DNA of 57,811 nucleotides from Escherichia phage vB_EcoS_AVIO78A: sequence record MZ726797.1; one strand, 5' to 3'. Shown piece by piece: positions 9,058 to 18,214 of this stretch (position 1 is its first letter; each line of letters starts with the position of its first letter). The notes under the pieces were generated by a model. It saw only the letters and a program-made list of their open reading frames with translations, ran no database searches and was not told where the DNA came from. The position numbers and the translations under genes were made by a program.

Positions 9058-9359
9058 TTGACTTTGCCCCGGACAGTTCCGGGGCTTTTTTCAACGTCTG
9101 AAAGAACAGCGAGGCTAACAGAACCTAAACCGAATATGACGGCGTATGTTAGCTGATGTTGAAGTTTCACAAAACCGTAATAATCGCTTTGCAATTCCAC
9201 GATGTCAAAAGCAATTGAAAAACTGGTTACCAGCAACATGATTGAAAGAACACGAATCAGAGCAACTGCTAATCCTATCACCCCTTGTTCTTTTTTCTCA
9301 GTTGTAATAACGACAACAATCATTAACAGAAGTGAAAAAGCAATGTACATGTATTCCAT
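9051..9359 (-). CDS. small membrane protein (2-3 predicted TM segments)
   Basis: ORF track; hydrophobic stretches. Confidence 0.45.
   Translation of the reverse strand: MEYMYIAFSLLLMIVVVITTEKKEQGVIGLAVALIRVLSIMLLVTSFSIAFDIVELQSDYYGFVKLQHQLTYAVIFGLGSVSLAVLSDVEKSPGTVRGKVNQ
9066..9091 (+). terminator. intrinsic terminator (identical to the one at 26543)
   Basis: GCCCCGGACAGTTCCGGGGC plus T6. Confidence 0.7.
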
Positions 9360-9519
9360 AATTATTAGTCCCGATAAACTTCAGCACACCCGTAAATTTT
9401 ACCAGGGTTGTAAACCTGTTCAGCTTGTAACGCACCCTGACACTGTTCGAACGTCATGATATGTTCTGTCACAGGTTCAATAGTCACACCATGCAGAACA
9501 AGCACTAGTACATAACCAA

Positions 9520-9855
9520 TTAACATTTTCTTAGAGTCTCCCGCCAGTTCAGACCGTGTAGGTTTACAGTTGCAAGCCTCACTTTTGGGAAACCGTCATA
9601 ATGAGTATCCCAAAATTCACTACAGGGTTCTGGTTCACTAAAATACCCGTAAACACCCCCATAACTATCCGTGGCTATATAGTCAATATCTTCAGGAACA
9701 GTTAAAGACAAACCAAAATAATTGACAGTTTTATACACGTCTGCACTAGCCAGTGTCATTTTACAATCTGGTGCTTCTTCGTGGATATCCCACGATTTAC
9801 CACAGTGTGAACACTGATATTCATCGTTACAGCGAATAGCGTTTACATGATTCAT
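9520..9855 (-). CDS. Cys-rich hypothetical protein
   Basis: ORF track; CxxC-containing. Confidence 0.45.
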   Translation of the reverse strand: MNHVNAIRCNDEYQCSHCGKSWDIHEEAPDCKMTLASADVYKTVNYFGLSLTVPEDIDYIATDSYGGVYGYFSEPEPCSEFWDTHYDGFPKVRLATVNLHGLNWRETLRKC

Positions 9856-10145
9856 GATTGTTCTCCGATTGCTTTTTTGATTGCTTCACGAGCACCTTCA
9901 ATACGTGCTAAACCATCAAAACCTGTACTTGGTAAGTATGACATAAACTCTTCACATAACTGCAAGGCTTCTAACAGTTCCGGCGCTGCAGCGATTAATC
10001 GTGCGTTTGCTAATTGTTCTGTTTTGTCACCGTTATAAGTTGGTGTATATGCAATCTCAACACCTGAGTCTGAAACAATATCGGGAGTATTATCATCATT
10101 GATAACAACTTTCCACGGACCTTGTGTACCTTTAAACTGATTCAT
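9852..10145 (-). CDS. hypothetical protein with NARLIAAAPELLEAL motif
   Basis: ORF 9852..10178 trimmed to ATG 10145. Confidence 0.45.
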   Translation of the reverse strand: MNQFKGTQGPWKVVINDDNTPDIVSDSGVEIAYTPTYNGDKTEQLANARLIAAAPELLEALQLCEEFMSYLPSTGFDGLARIEGAREAIKKAIGEQS

Positions 10146-10150
10146 GATTA

Positions 10151-10573
10151 TCACCCCGCGTCCTGAATATCTTCCCATTCTTCGTTAGATATATTTTGCC
10201 CAAAAGCACCGCCGTAAAAATAATTTTCACCGGGCCAAACGATACTACCGCCATAATAACCGTTCGAACTATTACGATAGTCAATCACCATGTCGCCTTT
10301 ATCAGTGGTGATTTTTGCACCATAGAACTGAAGACACTCATATTCTTCATTTTCTAGCGGCTCTTTGTTCATATCTAAATCATCGCAAGCAATGACGGTA
10401 AACGGAAAGCCTAATGCTGGAAGTTCTACTGATTCAATCCATGTGTGTGAACAACAGTCAGCATCAACACGAACGATCAGTTGTTGACCATCATCAGTGA
10501 CAAAAAGAAGTGCTTCTTTATCCGAAGCGATTTGCATTTTAACTATTTTCTTATTCAATAATAAGTTATTCAT
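10151..10573 (-). CDS. hypothetical protein
   Basis: ORF track; AAGGGG RBS. Confidence 0.5.
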   Translation of the reverse strand: MNNLLLNKKIVKMQIASDKEALLFVTDDGQQLIVRVDADCCSHTWIESVELPALGFPFTVIACDDLDMNKEPLENEEYECLQFYGAKITTDKGDMVIDYRNSSNGYYGGSIVWPGENYFYGGAFGQNISNEEWEDIQDAG

Positions 10574-10576
10574 AAT

Positions 10577-10723
10577 TCAAAACCCCTTACTTTTAGCAAT
10601 TTGTTGTGCACGTTTTTTAGTGTGACCAGCAGCAATTAAGCGTTTAATTTCGACTTTACGACGTTCAAAGTGATCGATACGTGAATTTTCAACCAGTGAC
10701 CGGCTAATATTTCTCGGATTCAT
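10577..10723 (-). CDS. small basic protein (~48 aa)
   Basis: ORF 10577..10768 trimmed to ATG 10723 with GGAGA RBS; ATGA overlap. Confidence 0.4.
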   Translation of the reverse strand: MNPRNISRSLVENSRIDHFERRKVEIKRLIAAGHTKKRAQQIAKSKGF

Positions 10724-11031
10724 TTCACTGTCTCCGGTACAAACCACATTGACGCGAGATACGCACACCCGGCAATTTTATGTTCGTGTTTAGGTTCGAA
10801 ACTACCCAGAATTACACTGATGTGTGCATGGGCCTGTTTAAAGTTCACACCTTCAACAGCAACTGCGTATTCTTTCAGACCGTTGAAGAACCATTTACTG
10901 ATCCACTGATTCCACGGGTTAGAATTTTCGAAAAATTCTTTCGGAATACTACCCGTCGCCGGGAGAAATTCAGCAATGTTTTTAGGTCCAAAAGCAATAT
11001 CCAGTTGTGTAATATTTTCATTCGGTTTCAT
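10720..11031 (-). CDS. hypothetical protein
   Basis: ORF 10720..11040 trimmed to ATG 11031 with AAGGGTGA RBS. Confidence 0.5.
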   Translation of the reverse strand: MKPNENITQLDIAFGPKNIAEFLPATGSIPKEFFENSNPWNQWISKWFFNGLKEYAVAVEGVNFKQAHAHISVILGSFEPKHEHKIAGCAYLASMWFVPETVK

Positions 11032-11062
11032 AGTTATCACCCTTCGTTCATTTGATGACTAA

Positions 11063-11105
11063 AGCATAATCGCACGTTTGCAATTCGTCAAGAATTATTT
11101 TAACA
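11063..11105 (-). promoter_or_regulatory. conserved promoter (-35 TTGACG, 17 bp, -10 TATGCT)
   Basis: motif family member. Confidence 0.6.
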
Positions 11106-11173
11106 CCGTGCAAAAAAACCATCACTGATATAACATACGTTAAGAACCGTAAACCGTATGGAGCCTGTAGAAC

Positions 11174-12529
11174 ATGGCTGATCAACAATTCGAACAACTA
11201 GCCGTTGCCGGGTACAGTCGAACAGGCAACCAGGTAAACGACGATTTCCTTCCTAAACTGAACGGTAAACAAGGCCGTCGTATTCTTCGTCAGATGGCTG
11301 AGAACGACGAAACGATCGGTGGTGTACTGTTTGCCATGAGTAGCGTTTATCGTTCTGTACAGTGGATTTTTGACCCATCTGACAAAGATGATCCAGAAGC
11401 TATCCGTTATTCAGAATGGTTACAGGACGCTATTGAAAATAAAATGGGTGATCCGCGTGGTGCACTCCCGGATGATACCTGGTCCGCGTTCGTTCAGACA
11501 TGGACAGACGTTGATGTATTCGGCTGGGGTTGGTATGACATTTGGGTGAAAGACCTTGATGATGGCACTGTGGGTATTGCCCGTCTGGTTCCTGTAGCAC
11601 CCGAAACGCTTGCTGGATGGGATATAGAAGAACCGACAGGTTATGTTCGTGGTATTTATCAATGTTCACCTAACCAGGGTACAACGACGTTAATCACGCG
11701 TGATCGTTCGCTTCATTTGATTTCAAGTCCGAATAAAGGTAACCCGGAAGGTTTATCACTACTGCGCACAGCTTATCGCCCGTGGTACTACAAAAAAGTG
11801 AACATGGAAATCGAATCCATACTTGCCGAACGTGGTACAGGGTTCCCGGTAATTACTGTTAACGCAGATATTAAGAAAGCGGCTAATGATCCTAATATTC
11901 CTGAACAACAGCGTCAGGCAGCACAGGCGATGATTGATAACTATGAAAACATCGTTGCTAATATCAAACGCAATGAACAATCAGGGCTGGTGATTTATTC
12001 TAAACCGTATATTACGGGTTACGATAACGAAACAGGTGTTACCACGTATGGTGGTGAACAACAGGTGAAACTGGAATTCGTTACACCTAACCAGACCAGT
12101 TCCGTGGATATTGACCGGACGATTAAACGCCTGGATACCAGTATTGCCCGCGCGTTACTGGCTGATTTCATGTTTTTCGGAACAGGTGGTAATACCGGGA
12201 ATAATGCTAACCTGGGTAGTCGTACTGAACTATGGATCCGCGCAATGCAATCACGTATTGACAGCATTGTAGAATGCGTTAATCGTCAGTTGATACCGCA
12301 GTTATGGTCATTAAACGCATTTCCTGATGAATATCGCCCGTCGATTCGCGCCGGGTCGATCAGTAAAGACAGTATCGAAACGTTGACCACTGCACTTGCA
12401 CGACTTGCACAAGCTGGTGCGCCTGTATTCCCGGATCCAGACCTTCAGGAATACGTATATAAAGAGGCTGGTCTACCTATTACGGGGATTGATAAAGCCG
12501 GGGATGGATTACCGTCTATTGACGACTGA
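11174..12529 (+). CDS. portal protein (putative)
   Basis: 451 aa; position between terminase and Mu-F-like head morphogenesis gene. Confidence 0.55.
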   Translation: MADQQFEQLAVAGYSRTGNQVNDDFLPKLNGKQGRRILRQMAENDETIGGVLFAMSSVYRSVQWIFDPSDKDDPEAIRYSEWLQDAIENKMGDPRGALPDDTWSAFVQTWTDVDVFGWGWYDIWVKDLDDGTVGIARLVPVAPETLAGWDIEEPTGYVRGIYQCSPNQGTTTLITRDRSLHLISSPNKGNPEGLSLLRTAYRPWYYKKVNMEIESILAERGTGFPVITVNADIKKAANDPNIPEQQRQAAQAMIDNYENIVANIKRNEQSGLVIYSKPYITGYDNETGVTTYGGEQQVKLEFVTPNQTSSVDIDRTIKRLDTSIARALLADFMFFGTGGNTGNNANLGSRTELWIRAMQSRIDSIVECVNRQLIPQLWSLNAFPDEYRPSIRAGSISKDSIETLTTALARLAQAGAPVFPDPDLQEYVYKEAGLPITGIDKAGDGLPSIDD

Positions 12530-12562
12530 ATGAAAAAGGGACCGTTACTGGTCCCTTAATTT

Positions 12563-12895
12563 TTACTTAGCTTCAGGTTGCACGATTGACAGTAATTTAC
12601 TCGCTTCATCAACCGCAGTCTGAATACGAGTCTGTAACGGATAACTGTTGTTGATCGCACGTTCCAGCGTTTTATCAAGCAGTTGCAGTTTGACTTCATC
12701 ATCGCCAGTGAACGCGTACATGTCAGCGACAACTTCCTTAAACTGTGATGCTTGCTCAACAATAGTCGTGGTTACAATGTATTTCCAGACTTTGTTAAGT
12801 AGTTTAAATTTCACCTCGTTGTCAGCAACTGCATCGACCAGAATTTCAGCAGCGGTCTTGTCATATTTAACAAGCTCAAGAATTTCAAAACGCAT
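12563..12895 (-). CDS. hypothetical protein with internal duplicated helix motif
   Basis: ORF track; DNEVKFKLLNKV / DDEVKLQLLDKT repeat. Confidence 0.45.
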   Translation of the reverse strand: MRFEILELVKYDKTAAEILVDAVADNEVKFKLLNKVWKYIVTTTIVEQASQFKEVVADMYAFTGDDEVKLQLLDKTLERAINNSYPLQTRIQTAVDEASKLLSIVQPEAK

Positions 12896-12910
12896 TTAAG
12901 TTTTCTCCTG

Positions 12911-13255
12911 TCAGTTAACATACTTCGCGATCAGTTTATCACAGTCCTCGCGACAGGTAGCATACTTAAACAGGTCACTGGCTGCTTCTGCCCGGTAGTC
13001 AGTATCAATAGTGTAATGTTCATTGACATAGTTATAGGCTACAAGGTAATTGCTGAACATCCCCGTGGTTACCACTTTCGGTTGTCCCCTTACGACCTTA
13101 CCGTTAAACAGATATGCGATTAACAGAATCAGACCACCGATCACAGGACTTGTGAGAAATGCGATAAAGAACCATACACCAGGGTTACGACCTGTTTGTT
13201 TGGCAACACCCGCGACAACCAAAGAGAAAAGAACCCATAAAATAGCGAATAACAT
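12911..13255 (-). CDS. membrane protein (2 TM)
   Basis: ORF track; AAGGAGGA RBS; hydrophobic N-terminal half. Confidence 0.5.
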   Translation of the reverse strand: MLFAILWVLFSLVVAGVAKQTGRNPGVWFFIAFLTSPVIGGLILLIAYLFNGKVVRGQPKVVTTGMFSNYLVAYNYVNEHYTIDTDYRAEAASDLFKYATCREDCDKLIAKYVN

Positions 13256-13285
13256 GATTGTGTCCTCCTTTGTTTCTATGTTTGT

Positions 13286-13329
13286 AGGTTACACGTCCTT
13301 GTGTAATCCGTCAAGAATTATTTTAAATT
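13286..13329 (-). promoter_or_regulatory. conserved promoter (-35 TTGACG, -10 TAACCT)
   Basis: motif family member; spacer identical to the 1450 copy. Confidence 0.55.
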
Positions 13330-13575
13330 ATCGTATACAGGCGGTAAACCCATTGCTGCCTGAACAGACCGTTTTTCGTATTCCTCCCGCAGTTTCTGAA
13401 GCTGTTCAATACCGATGTCACAACCACGTATGATATCGGTGCACAGGTCGTTGTAGGTTGCTTCAGATTGCTTGCTGTGTGGGTAATCAACACAGGATGG
13501 ATCTGCAATAATGACTTTCGGTAGATACGCGACAGTATCGCCCATTGCGTTTTTAAATATCGTCATAGTTAGCAC
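13318..13575 (-). CDS. hypothetical protein
   Basis: ORF track. Confidence 0.4.
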   Translation of the reverse strand: MLTMTIFKNAMGDTVAYLPKVIIADPSCVDYPHSKQSEATYNDLCTDIIRGCDIGIEQLQKLREEYEKRSVQAAMGLPPVYDNLK

Positions 13576-14030
13576 CCATGATTAAGTTCCTGACCTGGTT
13601 CAACTATACGCCCACATGTACTGCAGAAATATTGCCATTTAAAACCGGGCATTGCTGACAATTTACGATAACCAGCATCATAAATTTGTTTTGCAGAATT
13701 AAGAGGATCTGCACCATTGTGATCGATGATTTGCAAAATTTCATCAATAACCTTTTCACGTTCTTTCGGAATAGGTCTGAAGTTTTCCGCGTTACCTACA
13801 ATAAACGATTGTGTACCGTCATCAGGCTTTAACCATATATCATCACCATGATGACCTAATACCGTCACCTTTACCCAATCGTGATCAACGCTTGCTAACC
13901 ACTCGCATACTGTACCGACAGGTGGTAAACCTTCACCATCCCATTGTTGTTTTTCATTCACACAGTCAGGACAAATACCATGTTTTTGATCACTGTTATC
14001 ACGCATGTGTTTTTCACAAAAACTTTTCAT
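13569..14030 (-). CDS. zinc-ribbon protein with WDGEGLPPVG motif
   Basis: ORF track; CxxC pairs at both ends. Confidence 0.5.
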   Translation of the reverse strand: MKSFCEKHMRDNSDQKHGICPDCVNEKQQWDGEGLPPVGTVCEWLASVDHDWVKVTVLGHHGDDIWLKPDDGTQSFIVGNAENFRPIPKEREKVIDEILQIIDHNGADPLNSAKQIYDAGYRKLSAMPGFKWQYFCSTCGRIVEPGQELNHGC

Positions 14031-14356
14031 AAATACGACCCCACAATTGCTGCACAGTTGACGATCGCTAAACGCGTTGCTTTTTCACGGTCTTCTCCGT
14101 GGCTAACTGGTTGCTTATAACTAACGCCAGTGTCAGGGTTATTAACCGTCACTTCGTTGTCACGAACATCCAGATCCATATACATGTTAACCATCAGACT
14201 GAAAGCATCCTCATTACGTGTAAGAGGGTTCCACAGGCGACCATTACCTATATCAATACCTTCGTTTATGTAACGTTCGTCGTACGCGACGTAATATTTA
14301 CCCTGGATTTCAGCAGCCCGTGCTGCGTTGACTAATAAATCACGATTGTTCATCAT
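14027..14356 (-). CDS. hypothetical protein
   Basis: ORF track. Confidence 0.45.
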   Translation of the reverse strand: MMNNRDLLVNAARAAEIQGKYYVAYDERYINEGIDIGNGRLWNPLTRNEDAFSLMVNMYMDLDVRDNEVTVNNPDTGVSYKQPVSHGEDREKATRLAIVNCAAIVGSYL

Positions 14357-14856
14357 ACCCGTCCTGTTGATCCAAACCCGCCATTACGCTGACTATCAAC
14401 ATCTGGTAATTCTTCCACTTCAACCAGGTTAACAGGTTCGACACGTTCAACCATAAGCTGGCAAACGCGTTCACCGTCTGCGATGGTCTGTAATTTATGC
14501 CCGTGGTTAGTCAGCGTAACGTAGTATTCTTCTTTGTAATCACGATCACCGATACCCACACAGTTGATTAGTGACAAACCGTGTTTAAGACTCATGCCGG
14601 AACGTGGGTAAAATTTAATGCAATATCCGCTATCAACTGACATTTTCAGACCAGTGGGGATCATAGCGCGGTCGCCGGGCCATAATGCGATTGTTCCTGC
14701 AACAACCGGACGTTCCACTTTAGCGCCTGATTCTGTGAATATATTTACCGATTCTTCCCACAGGCAAGCACGAACGTCTAACCCGGCGCTGTCTGGTGTT
14801 GCACGTGTCGGAAGTTCAGCGTGGGGTGTTAGTTTTTTGATATACAGGTTAGTCAT
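14353..14856 (-). CDS. dut: dUTP diphosphatase (trimeric dUTPase)
   Basis: motifs SAGLDVRA, PRSGMSLKHG, GIGDRDYKEE, C-terminal GGFGSTG match dUTPase. Confidence 0.8.
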   Translation of the reverse strand: MTNLYIKKLTPHAELPTRATPDSAGLDVRACLWEESVNIFTESGAKVERPVVAGTIALWPGDRAMIPTGLKMSVDSGYCIKFYPRSGMSLKHGLSLINCVGIGDRDYKEEYYVTLTNHGHKLQTIADGERVCQLMVERVEPVNLVEVEELPDVDSQRNGGFGSTGRV

Positions 14857-14890
14857 TGTTTAATTCCTCAGTGTGTTTCGTTCGTGACAA

Positions 14891-14935
14891 ATGTTAGTGT
14901 GACCGCTTGCAATGTGTCAAGAATTATTTTAAACT
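14891..14935 (-). promoter_or_regulatory. conserved promoter (-35 TTGACA, -10 TAACAT)
   Basis: motif family member. Confidence 0.55.
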
Positions 14936-14963
14936 TCTGTCAACGTTAACCAATGAGGAATAA

Positions 14964-15647
14964 ATGATGAGTAATATCGACTGGAGTGAAGCACCAGACT
15001 GGGCTACATGTGTTGTTCTTAATAAAACAACAAACACTTTTGCATGGTCTGATGGTTCAATTCACGCACCAATTTTAAGAAATCCGCCACAAATTATGGA
15101 CAATGCTGATGACTTTGAAATCTTTGAAAAACGCCCTTGTGGTCCAGCAACATCTGTCAAAACAAAACTGTTAATGACACCGAAAGCCCGTGGTAATACT
15201 TACGAAGAATTCATTGCGACCGGGTGGAATGACGACCAGTTAGTCGAACATGGTTATGCTGTTCGTATTACAGACAAACGTTCCTGGTCACCAATGACCG
15301 TCGGAACTGAAACAATTACACCACCTTCAAACTGTCGGTGCACATTCACCCCTGTTCAACAACCATCAACAGCGTCTGACTTACTGAAACAGGCTGAACA
15401 GCTACTGACAGAACGTGGTAAGCAGTATGACACGTCTGGTCAGGAACGTTCGTCAGCTAAAATCGTTGCTGCGTTTAACACAATTACCGGGCGCGACTTA
15501 ATACCGGGTGAAGGGTGGTTATTTCTGATGCTGTTAAAAGCGGTTCGTTTCTATTCCAACACTGAAACACCACATCGTGACAGTCTGGAAGACCTGATCA
15601 GCTACGCTGCATTACACGCAGAGGAACATCTTAACGATGAACGGTGA
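14964..15647 (+). CDS. hypothetical protein sharing a ~25 aa motif (TYEEFIATGWNDDQL) with the SSB-like protein C-terminus
   Basis: ORF track; GAGGAA RBS. Confidence 0.55.
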   Translation: MMSNIDWSEAPDWATCVVLNKTTNTFAWSDGSIHAPILRNPPQIMDNADDFEIFEKRPCGPATSVKTKLLMTPKARGNTYEEFIATGWNDDQLVEHGYAVRITDKRSWSPMTVGTETITPPSNCRCTFTPVQQPSTASDLLKQAEQLLTERGKQYDTSGQERSSAKIVAAFNTITGRDLIPGEGWLFLMLLKAVRFYSNTETPHRDSLEDLISYAALHAEEHLNDER

Positions 15648-15819
15648 ACAAGCATTCGACCTTCTGGTTAAATACGACATTATTGTTATTCACTGTGACC
15701 GTGAACAGATCGTTTTTACAGACGATCTTCGTCATGAAGAACCTTATGACGGTGATAAACGGTCTGCCACGATTCGGTTAATCGAACGTGTGGCACGTGA
15801 CAGAGGGGAACTATTATAA
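15637..15819 (+). CDS. hypothetical protein
   Basis: ORF track. Confidence 0.4.
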   Translation: MNGEQAFDLLVKYDIIVIHCDREQIVFTDDLRHEEPYDGDKRSATIRLIERVARDRGELL

Positions 15820-16013
15820 TGGTTCAAACTATTTCTGAATTACTACCCACCGTTTATGGCAACGTAACAGAACTTGCCAGGCGGATTGGGTGTAACAAAG
15901 CGACAGTTTATAAATATATGGATGACACCAACGGTGAATTTCACGCAGTAGTGAATGGTAAGTTGATGGTCAGACCCGGTTTTAAAGGACGTTATACTCG
16001 TGACAAAAGATGA
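15819..16013 (+). CDS. small helix-turn-helix-like protein
   Basis: ORF track; TELARRIGCNKATVYKY resembles an HTH. Confidence 0.4.
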   Translation: MVQTISELLPTVYGNVTELARRIGCNKATVYKYMDDTNGEFHAVVNGKLMVRPGFKGRYTRDKR

Positions 16014-16158
16014 AAAATTATTACGTGAACTTGAAATAGACTACGAACGAGCACAAAAAGCGTTACAGTTTCTGGAAGAACAGATCCGCGAAGTTAAGAA
16101 CCGCATTCAGGGAACTGAAAAACGTAATCTTCCACGCCCGTAACACGTGATATAATCG

Positions 16159-16186
16159 GCCTCAGTGTGTTAACTGAGGCTTTTTT
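16159..16186 (+). terminator. hairpin GCCTCAG-N8-CTGAGGC plus T6 directly abutting the next start codon; same element occurs inverted at 52221
   Basis: direct reading. Confidence 0.5.
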
Positions 16187-17146
16187 ATGGCTACTAAAGA
16201 CCCATACCCGGATATTTCAGACAAGTATGACGCTCGCATTCGCGAAGCACTTGATGTCGTGTGGGAAAACGTGCGTCGTAGTGAGTCGTTAGCTAACCTG
16301 GAATACATCATTGAAACTCAGGGTATTGCCGGGCTACTCCCCATTCTTGAAACACTCCATGATGAACTTAGTGCACAGTTGCGCCCGGTTATTGAAGACG
16401 CGATCGCCGAATCAGGTCGTGTAGTCGTTCAGGTTTTACCGAAAGCGGCTGTGACAGGTCCGGTTGTGTTCAGTCTGGTCACCCCACAGGTCAGCACATA
16501 TATCAACAACTATGTCGGACAACTGATCCGTGAAGTCAGTGACGAAACAGTCAAAGCTGTTCAGATTGCTGTTAACCAGGGTGTAGTAACCGGACGAAAT
16601 CCGCGTCAGATGGCCCGTGATTTTCGATCATCAATAGGGTTAACCACACGGCAGGAAATGACGGTTCAACGTCTGCGATCAGCACTGGAAAAAGGTGAAG
16701 CAGGTTATGTGAACAGTCTGACCACTATTACAGACAGTACAAAGAACGCTGTAAGTGCCGGGAAACTATCACAGGCGAAGATTGACCAGATAATCGAACA
16801 GACACGCTTGCGTTATGTAAAACAGCGCACAGAGACGATTGCGCGTACTGAATCACTTCGTGCTGTATCAGTTGGTCAGGATCAGGCTATTCGTCAAGGG
16901 CAGGTTACAGGGTCAATCAGTAACGAGTTATTAAAACGATGGTTATATAGAAAAGATGGTCGGACACGTGACGCGCATATTTCCACAGGTGAAACGAACG
17001 GCTGGATACCAATGGACAGACCGTTTTCAACGCCGTTAGGACCACTTATGTTTCCTCGTGATCCTAACGGTAGTGCCGCGAACGTGATTAATTGCCGTTG
17101 CCGGGTACAGTACAGTTTGCCGGAAGATATAGGTTCATTGGGTTAA
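16187..17146 (+). CDS. head morphogenesis protein (Mu F / SPP1 gp7-like)
   Basis: 319 aa after portal; C-terminal NCRC-type motif (NVINCRCRVQY). Confidence 0.6.
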   Translation: MATKDPYPDISDKYDARIREALDVVWENVRRSESLANLEYIIETQGIAGLLPILETLHDELSAQLRPVIEDAIAESGRVVVQVLPKAAVTGPVVFSLVTPQVSTYINNYVGQLIREVSDETVKAVQIAVNQGVVTGRNPRQMARDFRSSIGLTTRQEMTVQRLRSALEKGEAGYVNSLTTITDSTKNAVSAGKLSQAKIDQIIEQTRLRYVKQRTETIARTESLRAVSVGQDQAIRQGQVTGSISNELLKRWLYRKDGRTRDAHISTGETNGWIPMDRPFSTPLGPLMFPRDPNGSAANVINCRCRVQYSLPEDIGSLG

Positions 17147-17373
17147 TCAGGTTCACGCCAGTCAAGAGGTCGCACATCACATAACAGACGAACATTATCT
17201 TCAAATTTTATGTTTATCCTGTGATGTGCAGTATCATTTTCATAAACAGAAGGCCATATTTCATAACCCTGAACAGTTCGTGCCACCCACTTGTTAATGC
17301 TTGCCAGATGGATCAACACTTCACAACCAACTGGAGGGAGGTTTTTACCATCCCAAATCTGTTTCATTCCCAT
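17143..17373 (-). CDS. hypothetical protein with WDGKNLPPVG motif (paralog of 13569..14030 N-terminus)
   Basis: ORF 17143..17409 trimmed to ATG 17373 with GGAG RBS. Confidence 0.45.
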   Translation of the reverse strand: MGMKQIWDGKNLPPVGCEVLIHLASINKWVARTVQGYEIWPSVYENDTAHHRINIKFEDNVRLLCDVRPLDWREPD

Positions 17374-17378
17374 AGCGG

Positions 17379-17654
17379 TTACTCCTGTTTCTCCCCGCAG
17401 AACGGACAATAAGACATTTTGATGTTGGTTTCCAGGCGTGTGAAGTTCTTCGCCAGTTCACCGTTTTTCTTTTTAGCGCGGTATGCAAGACGATATTTCA
17501 ACATAACGTGAATTTTACCAGACGTCAGACCGAAACACTGATTATCCCAGCCAACTTTATCAAACAGGTTAGTGCTGACTTCCGAACCTACTGGTACTTT
17601 TTCCATCAGACGTTTTTGAAGTTCGTCACCAACTTTTTTCATACAATCACACAT
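17379..17654 (-). CDS. zinc-finger protein
   Basis: ORF track; CDC...CPFCG. Confidence 0.45.
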   Translation of the reverse strand: MCDCMKKVGDELQKRLMEKVPVGSEVSTNLFDKVGWDNQCFGLTSGKIHVMLKYRLAYRAKKKNGELAKNFTRLETNIKMSYCPFCGEKQE

Positions 17655-17818
17655 TACGCGTACCTCGATAGTCGTCTTAATTTAACGATCAACCTTGTGA
17701 CTTTACTCCAGTCAGATTCAGTAAAGTCGTCCACATCTTTAGCCCATAACTCATTAACATGTCGTGGGTTATATGGTTCTTTCTTGACAGGCTGTTTCCG
17801 TTTCTTTTTACCCATAGG

Positions 17819-18199
17819 TTATTCCCCAGGGTGACGGATATTTAGATCCGGGAGAATTTGCATCGGGTTAAACGTAACACGATAACGATACTGATCTGTT
17901 GGTGAAGGGTCTGTTTGTTCAATGAAATAAGTTACCTCAGTGGTTAACCCCATAAAGTGTTTCTTAACGTCATTCGGACCAGTTTTACAGGTGATTTCGA
18001 TCTCTTTGCTAGTGTTCTCACGGGCACAACGACCTTCGATAGACAAAAGATACTCACCATTACGAACGTTATAGAAAACGATACGACGATTTACTTCAAA
18101 GTTAGCTGCAGCGGTTGCAACGTTACGACTGGCAACATCAGCAGCGTTATCACAGGCTGTCAGGGTTGTTAACATTGCGCATAGAATCAGTTTCTTCAT
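17819..18199 (-). CDS. lipoprotein (signal peptide with LTAC lipobox)
   Basis: MKKLILCAMLTTLTAC N-terminus. Confidence 0.6.
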   Translation of the reverse strand: MKKLILCAMLTTLTACDNAADVASRNVATAAANFEVNRRIVFYNVRNGEYLLSIEGRCARENTSKEIEITCKTGPNDVKKHFMGLTTEVTYFIEQTDPSPTDQYRYRVTFNPMQILPDLNIRHPGE

Positions 18200-18214
18200 T
18201 TTAGCGTCTCGGAG

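Noticed and set aside
16000-16143. 47-codon coiled-coil ORF before the head morphogenesis gene
   Set aside because: Only a GTG start is available and there is no clear RBS; the ATG at 16010 is followed by a stop after 9 codons. Left unannotated as uncertain.
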